Below, in pieces: positions 30,789-41,056 of a stretch of DNA of 64,000 nucleotides. Source of the DNA: an uncultured Gemmatimonadales bacterium. Its GTDB lineage: Bacteria; Gemmatimonadota; Gemmatimonadetes; Longimicrobiales; Gaopeijiaceae. Both the position numbers and the translations under genes were made by a program. The first letter of the stretch is position 1; each line of letters starts with the position of its first letter. The notes under the pieces are model-generated. The model worked only from the letters and a program-made list of their open reading frames with translations, was not told the DNA's origin and ran no database searches. Location of the stretch: the NCBI GenBank assembly GCA_963809895.1, contig CAWELD010000003.1, positions 448,001-512,000 on the forward strand, in the 5' to 3' direction.

Positions 30789-31451
30789 ATGCGCGGATGT
30801 GTTGGCGGTTTCCTGAGAACGGTGGGGCTCGTGGTGGCGACCATCGCGTCGGCGTATGCCGGATGGCGCTGGGGAGACAACCTGTTTCCACGCATGGAGC
30901 GTTGGCTGGGAGAGCAGGTGGCGGCATCGGCCAGCGAGACCCCGACGCCGTCTCCGCAGCTGGCCGAGGCCACGCTCGACCGGGTGGAATCGCTGCGCGA
31001 GGGTCGCGGGAGTGACCGGCTGCGGTTGAACGCCGTGGAGTTGTCCAGCGTGCTGCGCTATTCGATTCCCGGCGTGATCCCTCCCGGCGTCGAGAACCCG
31101 GACGTGGACCTGCGCGACGGCAAGGTGTTCCTCCGGGCGCGCGTGGCGTTGAGCGCATTTCCCGACATCCCCCGTCTGGATGAGATCGCCGACCTGCTCC
31201 CCGACACGGTGGACCTGGTCATACGGGGGACCCTGCTACCCTTCGACGACTCGCACGCGGCGCTCCACGTGGAGCGCCTCGAAGCGTCTCGAGTGCCGCT
31301 GCCGGGCCGGATGATTCCCGGAATCCTGGCCGCGTTGGGGCGCCGCGATCGGGAAGGACTCCCGCCCGACGCCCTCGCCGTGCCTCTGCCCAGTGGCCTG
31401 TCGTCGGCGTACGTGGAGGAGAACCAGCTCGTTCTGGTGGCCGATCGATGA
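30789..31451 (+). CDS. Hypothetical membrane-anchored protein
   Basis: GAGGAG RBS, N-terminal TM; stop overlaps the next start (ATGA). Confidence 0.7.
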   Translation: MRGCVGGFLRTVGLVVATIASAYAGWRWGDNLFPRMERWLGEQVAASASETPTPSPQLAEATLDRVESLREGRGSDRLRLNAVELSSVLRYSIPGVIPPGVENPDVDLRDGKVFLRARVALSAFPDIPRLDEIADLLPDTVDLVIRGTLLPFDDSHAALHVERLEASRVPLPGRMIPGILAALGRRDREGLPPDALAVPLPSGLSSAYVEENQLVLVADR

Positions 31452-32821
31452 CGTCGGCGACGGCGCGTCTGCTCGTGGTGGACGACGAGGCGTCGATTCG
31501 AGACGTCCTGCGTCAGCTCTTCGAGTACGAGGATTACCAGGTCGAGGTGGCCGGTAACGGCGCCGACGCTCTCCGGCGCCTGCAGTCCTTCCAGCCCCAC
31601 GTGACCTTTCTGGACGTGAAGATGCCGGGCATGGACGGGCTCGAGGTGCTGGAGCGCATCCGCGAGGAGGACCCCGGGGCGGTGGTGGTCATGATCAGCG
31701 GCCACGGCACCATCGACACCGCGGTGGAGGCCACCCGCAAGGGCGCCTTCGACTTCCTGGAGAAGCCGTTGGACACGGACCGCCTGCTGGTGACGCTGCG
31801 CAACGCGCTCCAGGTGAAGGGGCTCTCGGAGCGGGTCGAGCGGCTCCGGGGCGAGATCGAGAGCAAGCACGAGATCGTGGGCGCGTCCTTCCAGATCCGG
31901 CAGGTGCTGGAGCGGGTCGAGCGTGTCGCTCCCACCGACGCCCGCGTCCTCATCACCGGAGAGAACGGGACCGGCAAGGAGCTGGTGGCCCGGGCCGTTC
32001 ATCACCTGTCGGACCGGGCTTCTGGGCCGTTCGTCGAGGTGAACTGCGCCGCCATCCCCTCCGAGCTCATCGAGTCGGAGCTCTTCGGACACATCAAGGG
32101 CTCGTTCACGGGCGCGGTGTCCGATCGCGCGGGCAAGTTCGAACAAGCCGACGGCGGCACGCTCTTCCTGGACGAGGTGGGCGACATGTCCCTCGCGGCC
32201 CAGGCCAAGGTGCTCCGCGCCCTCGAAGAGGGTGTGATCACCCGCGTGGGGGGCTCGAAGCCCATCCGCGTGAACGTCCGTGTGGTGGCCGCCACCAACA
32301 AGGCCCTTCCGGACGAGATCGAGGAAGGCAATTTCCGGGAAGACCTCTACTACCGCCTCAACGTGGTCCCCATCCACGTGCCTCCACTGCGCGAGCGCCG
32401 CGAGGACATTCCCATGCTCGTGGAGCATTTCGTGGACCGGACCATGCGCGCCGAGAGCGTGCGCCCGAGGCGGTTCGCGGATGCCGCCATGGCCAAGCTC
32501 CGGAGCCTGGACTGGCCGGGCAACGTGCGGGAGCTCCGCAATACGGTGGAGCGACTCCTGATCCTGGCCTCCGGCGACCGCATCACCGAAGACGACGTGG
32601 ATCTGCTCGTCACCGGGGGCTCGGGAGACAGCGGCCTCGGAGGCGACCTCGCTTCGGCGCAGACCTTCGCCGAGTTCAAGGACCGAGCGGAGCGGGCGTT
32701 CATCCTCCAGAAGCTGCGCGAGAACGATTGGAACGTCTCGGAGACGGCTCGCCAGGTGGAAATGCCCCGCTCGAATCTCTACAAGAAGATCGAGAAGTAC
32801 GACCTGATCCGGGAGGAGTGA
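31448..32821 (+). CDS. Sigma-54-dependent response regulator (NtrX/NtrC family)
   Basis: Receiver domain ([15 protein letters not shown]), [32 protein letters not shown]-terminal HTH. Confidence 0.95.
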   Translation: MTSATARLLVVDDEASIRDVLRQLFEYEDYQVEVAGNGADALRRLQSFQPHVTFLDVKMPGMDGLEVLERIREEDPGAVVVMISGHGTIDTAVEATRKGAFDFLEKPLDTDRLLVTLRNALQVKGLSERVERLRGEIESKHEIVGASFQIRQVLERVERVAPTDARVLITGENGTGKELVARAVHHLSDRASGPFVEVNCAAIPSELIESELFGHIKGSFTGAVSDRAGKFEQADGGTLFLDEVGDMSLAAQAKVLRALEEGVITRVGGSKPIRVNVRVVAATNKALPDEIEEGNFREDLYYRLNVVPIHVPPLRERREDIPMLVEHFVDRTMRAESVRPRRFADAAMAKLRSLDWPGNVRELRNTVERLLILASGDRITEDDVDLLVTGGSGDSGLGGDLASAQTFAEFKDRAERAFILQKLRENDWNVSETARQVEMPRSNLYKKIEKYDLIREE

Positions 32822-32827
32822 GGACGG

Positions 32828-32856
32828 TTGCCCCCCAGGAGGGGGCCGGCTACCTT
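32828..32856 (+). promoter_or_regulatory. Putative sigma-70 promoter for the riboswitch-btuB transcript
   Basis: TTGCCC (32828-33), 17-bp spacer, TACCTT (32851-56). Confidence 0.5.
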
Positions 32857-32869
32857 CGCGCCACAATCT

Positions 32870-33030
32870 GATTCGGCGGGAGGGTCATTTTCGGAAGCCG
32901 GTGTGAATCCGGCGCGGCCCCGCCACTGTGAGAGGTCCGAGCGCGTCTCGGAACGCCTGTTCGATGATGCCACTGGGGCAGTGAGCCCCGGGAAGGCGAA
33001 CACGGCGGCCTCGAGCCAGGAGACCTGACC
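32870..33030 (+). ncRNA. Cobalamin (B12) riboswitch
   Basis: GGAAGCCGGTGTGAATCCGGCGCGGCCCCGCCACTGTGA, GCCACTGGG...CCGGGAAGGC, B12 box GAGCCAGGAGACCTG; upstream of a BtuB-like receptor. Confidence 0.95.
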
Positions 33031-33093
33031 CCCCCGTGCCATCGCCATCGTCTCCGCGGGGGGACGGGCACGGTCGCGGCATCGCCCGCGCCT

Positions 33094-33126
33094 CCCCGTT
33101 CTTCGCGCCGAGGAACGGGGGTTTTT
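33094..33126 (+). terminator. Intrinsic terminator, likely the riboswitch expression platform
   Basis: CCCCGTTCTTCG-cgc-CGAGGAACGGGG followed by GTTTTT, between the aptamer and the btuB start. Confidence 0.8.
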
Positions 33127-33235
33127 CATGTCAGGTGTCCGCGCGGGTCGGGCGCTTCCATGCGCCACCCTCCGAGGGTCCGGAGACGGTGATGGCGTCC
33201 ATTCTTTCGCCACTCGCTGCCGGGAGCCACGACCC

Positions 33236-35197
33236 ATGTCGCATCGTCTCCGCACTGTCGCGCTCGCCCTCGTAACGCTGACCTGCTTCGCTCCGGGCGC
33301 CCGCGCCCAGGACCGGCCCTTCTCCCTCGAAGGTCTCGTCGTGACCACAACCCCCACCCCGCGTGCGGTGGGCGACGTGTCCGCCGACGTCGTGGTGCTG
33401 GAGGGCGCCGAGCTCCAGGCCCGGGGACTGCTCTCTGTCGCCGATGCCCTGCGCGACGTGGCCGGCGTCTCCGTGGTCCGGGGTGGGTCGTTCGGTGCCA
33501 CCACCACCCTCTTCATGCGGGGTGGCGAGAGCGACTACGTGCAGGTGCTGGTGGACGGGGTGCAGGTGAACCAGCCCGGCGGATCCTTCGACTTCTCTTC
33601 GCTCCTGCTGGCCGACGTGGAGCGCATCGAGATCGTGCGCGGGCCCGCGAGCGCACTCCACGGATCCGATGCGCTGGCCGGTGTGGTCCACGTCATCACA
33701 CGCACCGGCAGGGGCGCACCGTCGCTGGAGGCCGATGTACGGGCAGGGAGCTACGGGCGCCTCGACGGATCGGTGAGCGTCGTGGGTGGCACCGATCGTG
33801 TCGGGTACGGCCTGTCGCTGGCCCGGCAGTCCACGGATGGGATTCTCCCCTTCAACAACCGCCACGTGAACACCGTGCTCGGCGGCATCGTGCGGGTGGT
33901 GCCCGACGCTCTGACCCGGGCGGAGCTGAGCGTCCGGCTCGGTGACCGTACCTACCACTTTCCCACCGACGGATCCGGTGCCGTGGTGGACCGCAACGCC
34001 TTCACCTGGGGCGACGAGACCACCGTGGGCGTCGGTGTGGAGAGACGCGTGAGGGAGGGCTTGCTGCTCCGGGGACACCTGGGCGTCCACGAGACCGACG
34101 GTGGTACCGACGACGCGCAGGACGAGCCCGGCGACACGCTGGGATTCTACGCGTCCACCTCGGCGGATCACGTGCGTCGGGCCACGGGCGAGGTCGGCGC
34201 CACCGTCTTCGTGGGTGACGGGGGCGTCCTGTCCGTGGGTGCCGAGGTCGAGAGCCAGCGCCAGCGCTCCTTCACCGAATCCAGCAGCCAGTTCGGGCCT
34301 TCGTCGGATCGAAGTGAATACGATCGCTGGAACCGGGCAGCCTACGCCCACGCCACCTGGGACGGGCGTCCCCTGTCGCTCCACCTGGGCGGACGACTGG
34401 ACGACAACGAACGCTACGGCGCCTTCTGGACCTGGCAGGCGGGCATGGTGTGGCGAGCCTCCTCCTCCACCCGGGCGCGGATCTCGGCGGGACGGGGCGT
34501 GAAGGAGCCCACCTTCTACGAGACCTACGCCACGGGATTCGCCCGCGGAAATCCTGCGCTGGACCCAGAACGCTCGACATCGGTGGAGGCGGGCATGGAC
34601 GTGACGCTCCTGGGCGGTGGCCTCCGCCTCGAGGGTACCGGCTTCTGGCAGCGCTTCTCCGACCTCATCCAGTACACGTTCACCACGCCGGCACCCGATG
34701 CACCCAACTTCTTCAACGTGGGCCGGGCGCGGGCCACGGGACTGGAGCTCGGCGTGGAGGGCAGGGCGGGGCGCCTGCGGGCGTCCGGCAGCTGGACGCT
34801 GCTCCGCACCGCGGTGCTGGATCCGGGGTTCGACGAGGGTCCCGACGCCGCCTTCGTCCAGGGCCAGCGGCTCTTGCGCCGACCGTCCAGCTCGGGACGC
34901 CTCTTCGCGGGCTACGACCTCTCCGGCGATGCCGAGCTCACGGTGGACCTGCGCCTCGTCGGCGCACGCGACGATCGTGATTTCACCGGGGTCCCGGCCA
35001 AACGCGTATCGCTCCCGGGCTACGCGACGCTGGACCTGGGCGGCCGCATCGAGGTGCGGCCCGGCGCGCTGCTGCCGCCGCTGACCCTCTCGTTTCGCGC
35101 CGAGAACGTCCTGGACGAGCAGTACGAGGAGATCGCGGGCTTTCCCACGCCCGCACGCGCCTTCTACCTGGGGGCCGGCGTGCGGCTGGGGCGATGA
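33236..35197 (+). CDS. btuB: TonB-dependent receptor, BtuB-like (cobalamin uptake)
   Basis: Signal peptide, TonB box LVVT, plug motifs VLVDGV and VERIEIVRGPASALHGSDALAGVV; preceded by a B12 riboswitch. Confidence 0.85.
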   Translation: MSHRLRTVALALVTLTCFAPGARAQDRPFSLEGLVVTTTPTPRAVGDVSADVVVLEGAELQARGLLSVADALRDVAGVSVVRGGSFGATTTLFMRGGESDYVQVLVDGVQVNQPGGSFDFSSLLLADVERIEIVRGPASALHGSDALAGVVHVITRTGRGAPSLEADVRAGSYGRLDGSVSVVGGTDRVGYGLSLARQSTDGILPFNNRHVNTVLGGIVRVVPDALTRAELSVRLGDRTYHFPTDGSGAVVDRNAFTWGDETTVGVGVERRVREGLLLRGHLGVHETDGGTDDAQDEPGDTLGFYASTSADHVRRATGEVGATVFVGDGGVLSVGAEVESQRQRSFTESSSQFGPSSDRSEYDRWNRAAYAHATWDGRPLSLHLGGRLDDNERYGAFWTWQAGMVWRASSSTRARISAGRGVKEPTFYETYATGFARGNPALDPERSTSVEAGMDVTLLGGGLRLEGTGFWQRFSDLIQYTFTTPAPDAPNFFNVGRARATGLELGVEGRAGRLRASGSWTLLRTAVLDPGFDEGPDAAFVQGQRLLRRPSSSGRLFAGYDLSGDAELTVDLRLVGARDDRDFTGVPAKRVSLPGYATLDLGGRIEVRPGALLPPLTLSFRAENVLDEQYEEIAGFPTPARAFYLGAGVRLGR

Positions 35198-35219
35198 CTT
35201 CGCCCCGTCGCGCCCCGGC

Positions 35220-35948
35220 TCAGGACCCCGGCCCGGGCAACTGGATGCGCGCGCCGTTGGGGAGCGCGTAGAGGGCCTCCATGGTCCGGTAGTCCTGCAC
35301 CGACAACCGCTCGGCCGTGTTGGTCGGGTACATCACGTCCCTGGGAGAGTCCGAATGGGGCAGCCCCAGGGCGTGCCCCATCTCGTGCGCCGCCGCCAGC
35401 GCGATGTCGTCTGGGCTCAGTGCCGCCCCGGTGAGGGGATGGTGGGTCGCCAGGAGGAACTGGATGATCTCCACCGACGCGCTGTCGCCACGACGGATCC
35501 AGTGGCTCTCGACGTGGCCGAGCTCCGACCCCGCCAGGCGCTCCCTCCACGTCACGCGGATGTCGGCGGCGAGGGTGCCGTCGGAGGTCTCGATGCGTAG
35601 CGGCAGCGGCTGGTTCTGCCAGGCCCGCACGCCGCGGGCCGCGGCGCGCTGGAGGCGGTCGGCTCGCCCGGGCTCCAGGCCCGGTGGCGGTGGGATCACG
35701 ATGCGCACCGACGGCGTGCCGTCGGCCCAGCGCAGCACGCGCGGCTCCTCACGACCCGCGAGGCCGGCGCACAGGTACCCGGCATCGATACAGACCTCGG
35801 GACCCAGGACCGGCGGTACTCCCGGATCCGGTGCGGAGGGCGCGGTGGGGGTCCCCTGCGCCGCCCGGGTCGATCGGCGGGGACGGAGGGCGACCGCTCC
35901 GGCCAGCAGAAGCAGCGTCAGGACCAGGTAAGGGCGCGTACGGTTCAT
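35220..35948 (-). CDS. Matrixin (M10-like) zinc metalloprotease, secreted or anchored
   Basis: HEMGHALGLPHS zinc motif, DVMYP Met-turn, N-terminal hydrophobic segment. Confidence 0.88.
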   Translation of the reverse strand: MNRTRPYLVLTLLLLAGAVALRPRRSTRAAQGTPTAPSAPDPGVPPVLGPEVCIDAGYLCAGLAGREEPRVLRWADGTPSVRIVIPPPPGLEPGRADRLQRAAARGVRAWQNQPLPLRIETSDGTLAADIRVTWRERLAGSELGHVESHWIRRGDSASVEIIQFLLATHHPLTGAALSPDDIALAAAHEMGHALGLPHSDSPRDVMYPTNTAERLSVQDYRTMEALYALPNGARIQLPGPGS

Positions 35949-36063
35949 GATCCATGATCGGGACGGCGTGGCCGCGCGTGCAACGGCCTTGGCCGCGGCG
36001 CGATCCCGGGCCACTTTCCGCGTGCGCGTGTCCCTTTCCCCTCTCGCGGCCCGGGAGCCCCTC

Positions 36064-36261
36064 ATGAACGCGAGCAGCGCGACGGCGACGGCGGCGGTTC
36101 TGGTCGGTCTGTGGATCGCCTGTGCGATCGCTTCCGGCGCGGCGCTGGCGGCGTTGGCCCGTCGCCGGCATCCGTCGCTCTCGTTCCGGCGGTTGTGGGT
36201 GCTCTACAGCGCCGTGGTCTCGCTGGTTGCAGCCCTCGCGTTCGTGGTCCTCTGGGCCTGA
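36064..36261 (+). CDS. Small two-TM membrane protein (65 aa)
   Basis: GGGAG RBS; two hydrophobic helices around a basic loop RRRHPSLSFRR. Confidence 0.55.
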   Translation: MNASSATATAAVLVGLWIACAIASGAALAALARRRHPSLSFRRLWVLYSAVVSLVAALAFVVLWA

Positions 36262-36456
36262 CGGGCCTCCCACGGATGTCCGGGGCTGGACAACCGCGGC
36301 GCGAGCGTGAATGCTGCAGGGAGAAGCCGGAGCGCGGAACGGTTCCGCGGAACTCCGGGTAGCTCTCACGAAACCCAAGGGCCCAGGGGGCCCGCGGCGG
36401 GACAAGGGCGTGCGGCGGCCCGAGCGACCGGGCACCGCCATGGAGCGGGAATCAGG

Positions 36457-37239
36457 GTGCCATCATCCCACGAGCCTTTCGACGACCCGGCGGATGCGCG
36501 GACGTCCCCGGAGGCTGCGGACGAGTCGTCCGGGCCTCGGCGGCGCGATCGCGGTGAGCCCTCTCTCCTGAGGAGCCTGTGGGAGTGGACCCGGTCGGTG
36601 CTGGTCGCCTTCCTGCTCTTTCTCGTGGTGCGGGCCTTCGTCGTGGAGGCCTTCAAGATCCCCACGTCGTCGATGGAAGGCACGCTGCTGGTGGGGGATT
36701 TTCTGCTCGTGAACAAGGCGGTCTACGGTGCCGAGGTGCCGGGGACCCACATCCACCTGCCGGCGTTGGAGGAGCCCTCCCGCGGCGACGTGGTCGTCTT
36801 CAATCCGCCGCACGATCCCAGCAAGAACTACGTGAAGCGCCTCGTCGGCGTGCCAGGCGACACGCTGGAGATGAGGGGCAAGATCCTCTACGTCGACGGC
36901 ACCCCGGTCGACGAGCCCTACGTGCGCTACATCGATCCCGGCGGAGACGCGCGGCATCCAGATATGAAGTGGCAGGCGAGCCACCTCATCGCGCGCCCGG
37001 GGAACTACCGGCCGTCCAGAGACACGTGGGGTCCCATCGTGGTGCCGGACAGCTCCTATTTCATGCTGGGCGACAACCGCGACAACAGTGAGGATTCACG
37101 GTACTGGGGCTTCGTGAAGAGAGATGCGATCCGGGGGCGCCCCTGGTTCGTGTACTACTCCTTCGATCCCTCGGACGACCACGGTCTCCCCTGGCTCCAG
37201 GACGTGCGCTGGGGGCGCATCGGACACCTGATTCGCTGA
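36457..37239 (+). CDS. lepB: Signal peptidase I
   Basis: FKIPTSSMEGTLLVGD (Ser), YVKRLVGVPGD (Lys), GDNRDNSEDSRYWG. Start uncertain (36307 to 36457). Confidence 0.94.
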   Translation: MPSSHEPFDDPADARTSPEAADESSGPRRRDRGEPSLLRSLWEWTRSVLVAFLLFLVVRAFVVEAFKIPTSSMEGTLLVGDFLLVNKAVYGAEVPGTHIHLPALEEPSRGDVVVFNPPHDPSKNYVKRLVGVPGDTLEMRGKILYVDGTPVDEPYVRYIDPGGDARHPDMKWQASHLIARPGNYRPSRDTWGPIVVPDSSYFMLGDNRDNSEDSRYWGFVKRDAIRGRPWFVYYSFDPSDDHGLPWLQDVRWGRIGHLIR

Positions 37240-37436
37240 AAAGGTTGGACTTCGGGCCATCGCATCTGGCGCCGGATTCGGCGGCCCCGGTTGCGCCACC
37301 GGAATCGCTCGTTCATGATGTCCAATGGCTCGCGGTCGGCCTGCGTGCGCGCTCGTGCCCCTCGGGGGGCGCGACGCGACCGTTTCCTGCTGCGGTGCCC
37401 GGACGCTCCTCCTGACATGGATTCCGCACCGGCGTC

Positions 37437-38438
37437 ATGGCCTTCTCTTCCCGCCGCGGGTCGTTCCGAGAAGGATCTCTGGACCAGTACCTGAAGGAGA
37501 TCAGCCAATATCCCCTCATCGATCGAGATGAGGAGGTGCGGCTCGCACAGCTCATCCGGAAAGACGACCCGGATGCGCTCAACAAGCTCGTGCGCTCCAA
37601 CCTCAGGTTCGTGGTCTCCGTCGCCAAGAAGTACCAGAACCAGGGCGTGCCCCTCTCCGACCTCATCAACGAGGGCAACCTCGGGCTCATCCGGGCCGCG
37701 CACAAATTCGACGAGACCAAGGGCATCAAGTTCATCAGCTACGCCGTCTGGTGGATCCGGCAGGCGATCCTGCAGGCGCTGGCCGAACAGAGTCGGATCG
37801 TGCGGGTGCCGCTGAACCGAGCCGGCGCGCTGCATCGCATCGGCCGGCGGAGCTCGTCGCTTCTTCAGGAGCTGGGGCGCGAGCCTACGGTAGAGGAGAT
37901 CGCCGAGGAGCTGGACATCTCCCAGGAGGAGGTGGAGCGCACGCTGGCCATCAGCCAGTCGCATCTCTCCCTCGACGCGCCCATCACGCCGGGAGAGGAC
38001 AACCGGCTCCTCGACTACCTCCCGGACCAGTACGCCCCCGGGCCCGAGGACGATGCCTTCGAGCATGCGCTCAAGCAGACCATCGAGGAGGCGCTGTCGA
38101 CGCTGAAGGAGCGCGAGGCCAAGATCCTCCGTCTCTACTTCGGGCTGGACGACCAGGAGCCCATGACGCTGGAGGAGATCGGCTCACTCCTGGGAATCAC
38201 GCGCGAGCGCGTGCGGCAGATCAAGGAGAAGGCTCTCCTCAGGCTCCGCCACGCATCCCGGGCGCGCTTTCTCGAGACCTTCATTAGAGGTCTACTAGGT
38301 CCGGGAGAGAGGCGGGACTCCCGCCGCCGCCCCACCGCCCCGGAAGCCCCGTCGCGGCTCGCCAAAGCCGTTGACACCCCCCGGGGCCTCGGATATCATT
38401 CAAAGCTCTGTTGCCCAACGCCCCACAGGCGCTCATGA
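37437..38438 (+). CDS. RNA polymerase sigma-70 factor, RpoD/RpoS-like, lacking region 1.1
   Basis: [48 protein letters not shown]...TRERVRQI. Homology ends near 38286. Confidence 0.92.
   Translation: MAFSSRRGSFREGSLDQYLKEISQYPLIDRDEEVRLAQLIRKDDPDALNKLVRSNLRFVVSVAKKYQNQGVPLSDLINEGNLGLIRAAHKFDETKGIKFISYAVWWIRQAILQALAEQSRIVRVPLNRAGALHRIGRRSSSLLQELGREPTVEEIAEELDISQEEVERTLAISQSHLSLDAPITPGEDNRLLDYLPDQYAPGPEDDAFEHALKQTIEEALSTLKEREAKILRLYFGLDDQEPMTLEEIGSLLGITRERVRQIKEKALLRLRHASRARFLETFIRGLLGPGERRDSRRRPTAPEAPSRLAKAVDTPRGLGYHSKLCCPTPHRRS
38371..38399 (+). promoter_or_regulatory. Sigma-70 promoter of the rplM-rpsI operon
   Basis: TTGACA (38371-76), 17 bp, TATCAT (38394-99); 35 bp before the rplM ATG. 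Confidence 0.85.
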
Positions 38439-38863
38439 AGACGTATACGCCCAAGATGAACGAGATCGAGCGATCCTGGTGGATCGTGGACGCCGCCGGC
38501 AAGCCGCTGGGGCGTCTCGCCACCGAGATCGCGCGCATCCTGCGTGGTAAGCACAAGCCCATGTACACGCCTCACCTGGACACGGGAGACCACGTCATCG
38601 TGGTGAACTCGTCCCAGGTCGCCCTGACGGGCAGAAAGGCGGAGCAGAAGACGTATTTCCGTCACTCTGGTTACATGGGCGGCGAGAAGCACATCCCCTT
38701 CAAGCGCATGATCGAATCCCGCCCGGAGCGGGTCATCGAGCTGGCGGTGAAGGGCATGCTGCCCAAGAACGCTCTGGGCCGGCAGATGCGGAAGAAACTC
38801 CGCGTGTATGCCGGGTCCGAGCATCCGCACCAGGGTCAGAACCCCCAGCCGCTCGAGATCTGA
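38435..38863 (+). CDS. rplM: 50S ribosomal protein L13
   Basis: [43 protein letters not shown]. Confidence 0.98.
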   Translation: MKTYTPKMNEIERSWWIVDAAGKPLGRLATEIARILRGKHKPMYTPHLDTGDHVIVVNSSQVALTGRKAEQKTYFRHSGYMGGEKHIPFKRMIESRPERVIELAVKGMLPKNALGRQMRKKLRVYAGSEHPHQGQNPQPLEI

Positions 38864-38874
38864 GGAACCCAGGT

Positions 38875-39273
38875 ATGATGGACGAGAATTCGCAGATCCA
38901 GACGGTCGGCCGCCGCAAGACCAGCACGGCCCGTGTGCTGCTACGGCAGGGCTCGGGAAACTGGTCCGTGAACGGACGGCCTCTGGCGGACTACTTTCCG
39001 CGCGCCACCCTCCAGTCCCGCGTGTCGGAGGCGCTCAAGGTCACCGAGACCGAGGGCATGTTCGACGTGATGGTCCGGGTGAACGGCGGTGGCCTCACGG
39101 GGCAGGCGGATGCGATTCGCATGGGTCTGGCCCGGGCGCTCGTGGAGGTGGACGAAGATCATCGGCCCCTGCTCCGGCAGGGGGGGCTGCTGACCCGCGA
39201 CCCGCGCAAGGTGGAGCGGAAGAAGCCCGGGCGCCCCAAGGCCCGCAAGAGGTTCCAGTTCTCCAAGCGCTGA
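38875..39273 (+). CDS. rpsI: 30S ribosomal protein S9
   Basis: GRRKTSTARV, GGGLTGQADAIR, ERKKPGRPKARKRFQFSKR. Confidence 0.98.
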   Translation: MMDENSQIQTVGRRKTSTARVLLRQGSGNWSVNGRPLADYFPRATLQSRVSEALKVTETEGMFDVMVRVNGGGLTGQADAIRMGLARALVEVDEDHRPLLRQGGLLTRDPRKVERKKPGRPKARKRFQFSKR

Positions 39274-39366
39274 TTCACGCGTTGGAGACACCCGCCCCGG
39301 ACCTGCTTCCGGGTGCGGCATCCTGACCGGGACGTAATCGGTCCCATTGGTAGAACGGAAAACGAC

Positions 39367-40254
39367 ATGCAGCAGGTCGGCCTGAGCGAGATGCTCGAAG
39401 CAGGTGTCCATTTCGGGCACCAGACTCGCCGTTGGAATCCGAAGATGCGCAAGTACATCTTCACGGAGCGCAACGGCATCCACATCATCGATCTCCGCAA
39501 GACGCTGGATCGCCTGCAGGCGGCTCAGCAGGCGGTGCGCGAGACGGTGCTGAAGGGAGAGCGGGTGCTCTTCGTCTGCACCAAGCGTCAGTTGCGCGAG
39601 ATCATCGAGCAGGAGGCGCGGCGTTGTGGCGCCTTCTACGTCACCGAGCGTTGGCTCGGCGGCATGCTCACGAACTTCCAGACCATGCGCAAGCAGATCC
39701 GGCGCCTCAAGGAGCTCGAGCGTGGTCAGGAAGAGAATGCCTTCGAGTTCTACACGAAGAAGGAGAGGCTCCTCCTCGATCGGGAGCGGGCGAAGCTGGA
39801 CAAGTATCTCTCCGGTGTGAAGGACATGTCTCGCCTTCCCGGCGCGATCTTCGTCGTGGACGCCAAGCGCGAGCACATCGCGGTGAAGGAGGCTCATCGG
39901 CTGGGGATCCCGGTGATCGCCATCGCCGACACCAATGCCGATCCCGACCTCATCGACTTCCCGATTCCGGGCAACGACGACGCCATCCGCTCGGTGGGAC
40001 TGATCTCCAAGGCGGTGGCCGACGCCATCGAGATGGCCCGCAAGGACGTGCCGGAAGACGAGCGTCGCCGCGCCGACGAGGTGGAGGCCACGACCTACTC
40101 CACCGAGACCGGCGAGACCACGGAGGTGGAGGATCGGCCGCAGCGTCGTCGCCCCCGCCGCAAGCGTCGGCCCCGTCCCGAAGTCATCGCCCAGCACCTG
40201 AAGACCGGCGACGACGAGGGCAGCGAGGAGGCGGAGGACGCCGGGGACGACTGA
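39367..40254 (+). CDS. rpsB: 30S ribosomal protein S2
   Basis: [39 protein letters not shown]. Confidence 0.98.
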   Translation: MQQVGLSEMLEAGVHFGHQTRRWNPKMRKYIFTERNGIHIIDLRKTLDRLQAAQQAVRETVLKGERVLFVCTKRQLREIIEQEARRCGAFYVTERWLGGMLTNFQTMRKQIRRLKELERGQEENAFEFYTKKERLLLDRERAKLDKYLSGVKDMSRLPGAIFVVDAKREHIAVKEAHRLGIPVIAIADTNADPDLIDFPIPGNDDAIRSVGLISKAVADAIEMARKDVPEDERRRADEVEATTYSTETGETTEVEDRPQRRRPRRKRRPRPEVIAQHLKTGDDEGSEEAEDAGDD

Positions 40255-40393
40255 GCCCGCATCACCTCGGCTTCGAGGGCCCAGAGGCGGCAGCCGGATG
40301 GCGGCGGACGGTCGGACCGGGCGCCCTCAGCCGGCGGCCGCCTCTTTGCTTGACAGGAACTCAACCAACGATTCGAACGACGGAAGGAACGTC

Positions 40394-40987
40394 ATGGCCA
40401 TCAGCGCGCAACAGGTGAAGGAGCTCCGGGATCGCACCGGGGCGGGGATGATGGACTGCAAGAAGGCCCTGGAGGAGACCGGTGGCGATCTGGAGAAGGC
40501 CATCGACCTGCTCCGGACCAGGGGTGCCGCCAAGGCCGCCAAGCGTGAGGGCAAGGCCGCCCAGGAGGGTGTGATCGGCACGTACGTCCATCACTCCGGC
40601 AAGGTGGGAGTCATGGTGGAGTTGAACTGCGAGACCGACTTCGTGGCCAACACCGAAGACTTCCAGGGTCTGGCCCGCGACCTGGCGATGCACATCGCGG
40701 CCTCCGGACCGCTGGCGGTGAGCCCGGACGACATCCCTGCCGAAGAGGTCGACCGGGAGCGGGCGGTCTATACCGCGCAGGTCGCCGAGGAAGGCAAGCC
40801 GGAAAACATCCGCGACAAGATCGTGGAGGGGAAGCTGGGCAAGTGGTTCAAGGAAGTGGCGCTCCTGGAGCAGCCCTTCGTGAAGAACCCGGATACGACG
40901 ATCCGTGAGCTCATCACGCAGGTGTCGGCGAAGACCGGCGAGAAGATCGAGGTGTCGCGCTTCGCGAGGTTCGCGATCGGCGACTGA
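40394..40987 (+). CDS. tsf: Elongation factor Ts (short form, 197 aa)
   Basis: VKELRDRTGAGMMDCKKAL, ELNCETDFVA, LLEQPFVKNP. Confidence 0.97.
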   Translation: MAISAQQVKELRDRTGAGMMDCKKALEETGGDLEKAIDLLRTRGAAKAAKREGKAAQEGVIGTYVHHSGKVGVMVELNCETDFVANTEDFQGLARDLAMHIAASGPLAVSPDDIPAEEVDRERAVYTAQVAEEGKPENIRDKIVEGKLGKWFKEVALLEQPFVKNPDTTIRELITQVSAKTGEKIEVSRFARFAIGD

Positions 40988-40994
40988 CGATGTC

Positions 40995-41027
40995 GCGGCC
41001 CGTCCCCGGAGTGGGACGGGCCGCTTT
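40995..41027 (+). terminator. Hairpin terminator after tsf
   Basis: GCGGCCCGTCCC-cggagt-GGGACGGGCCGC-TTT, a perfect 12-bp stem with a short U tract. Confidence 0.65.
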
Positions 41028-41056
41028 CGCATATGCACATGACGGGGAGTGGACCC

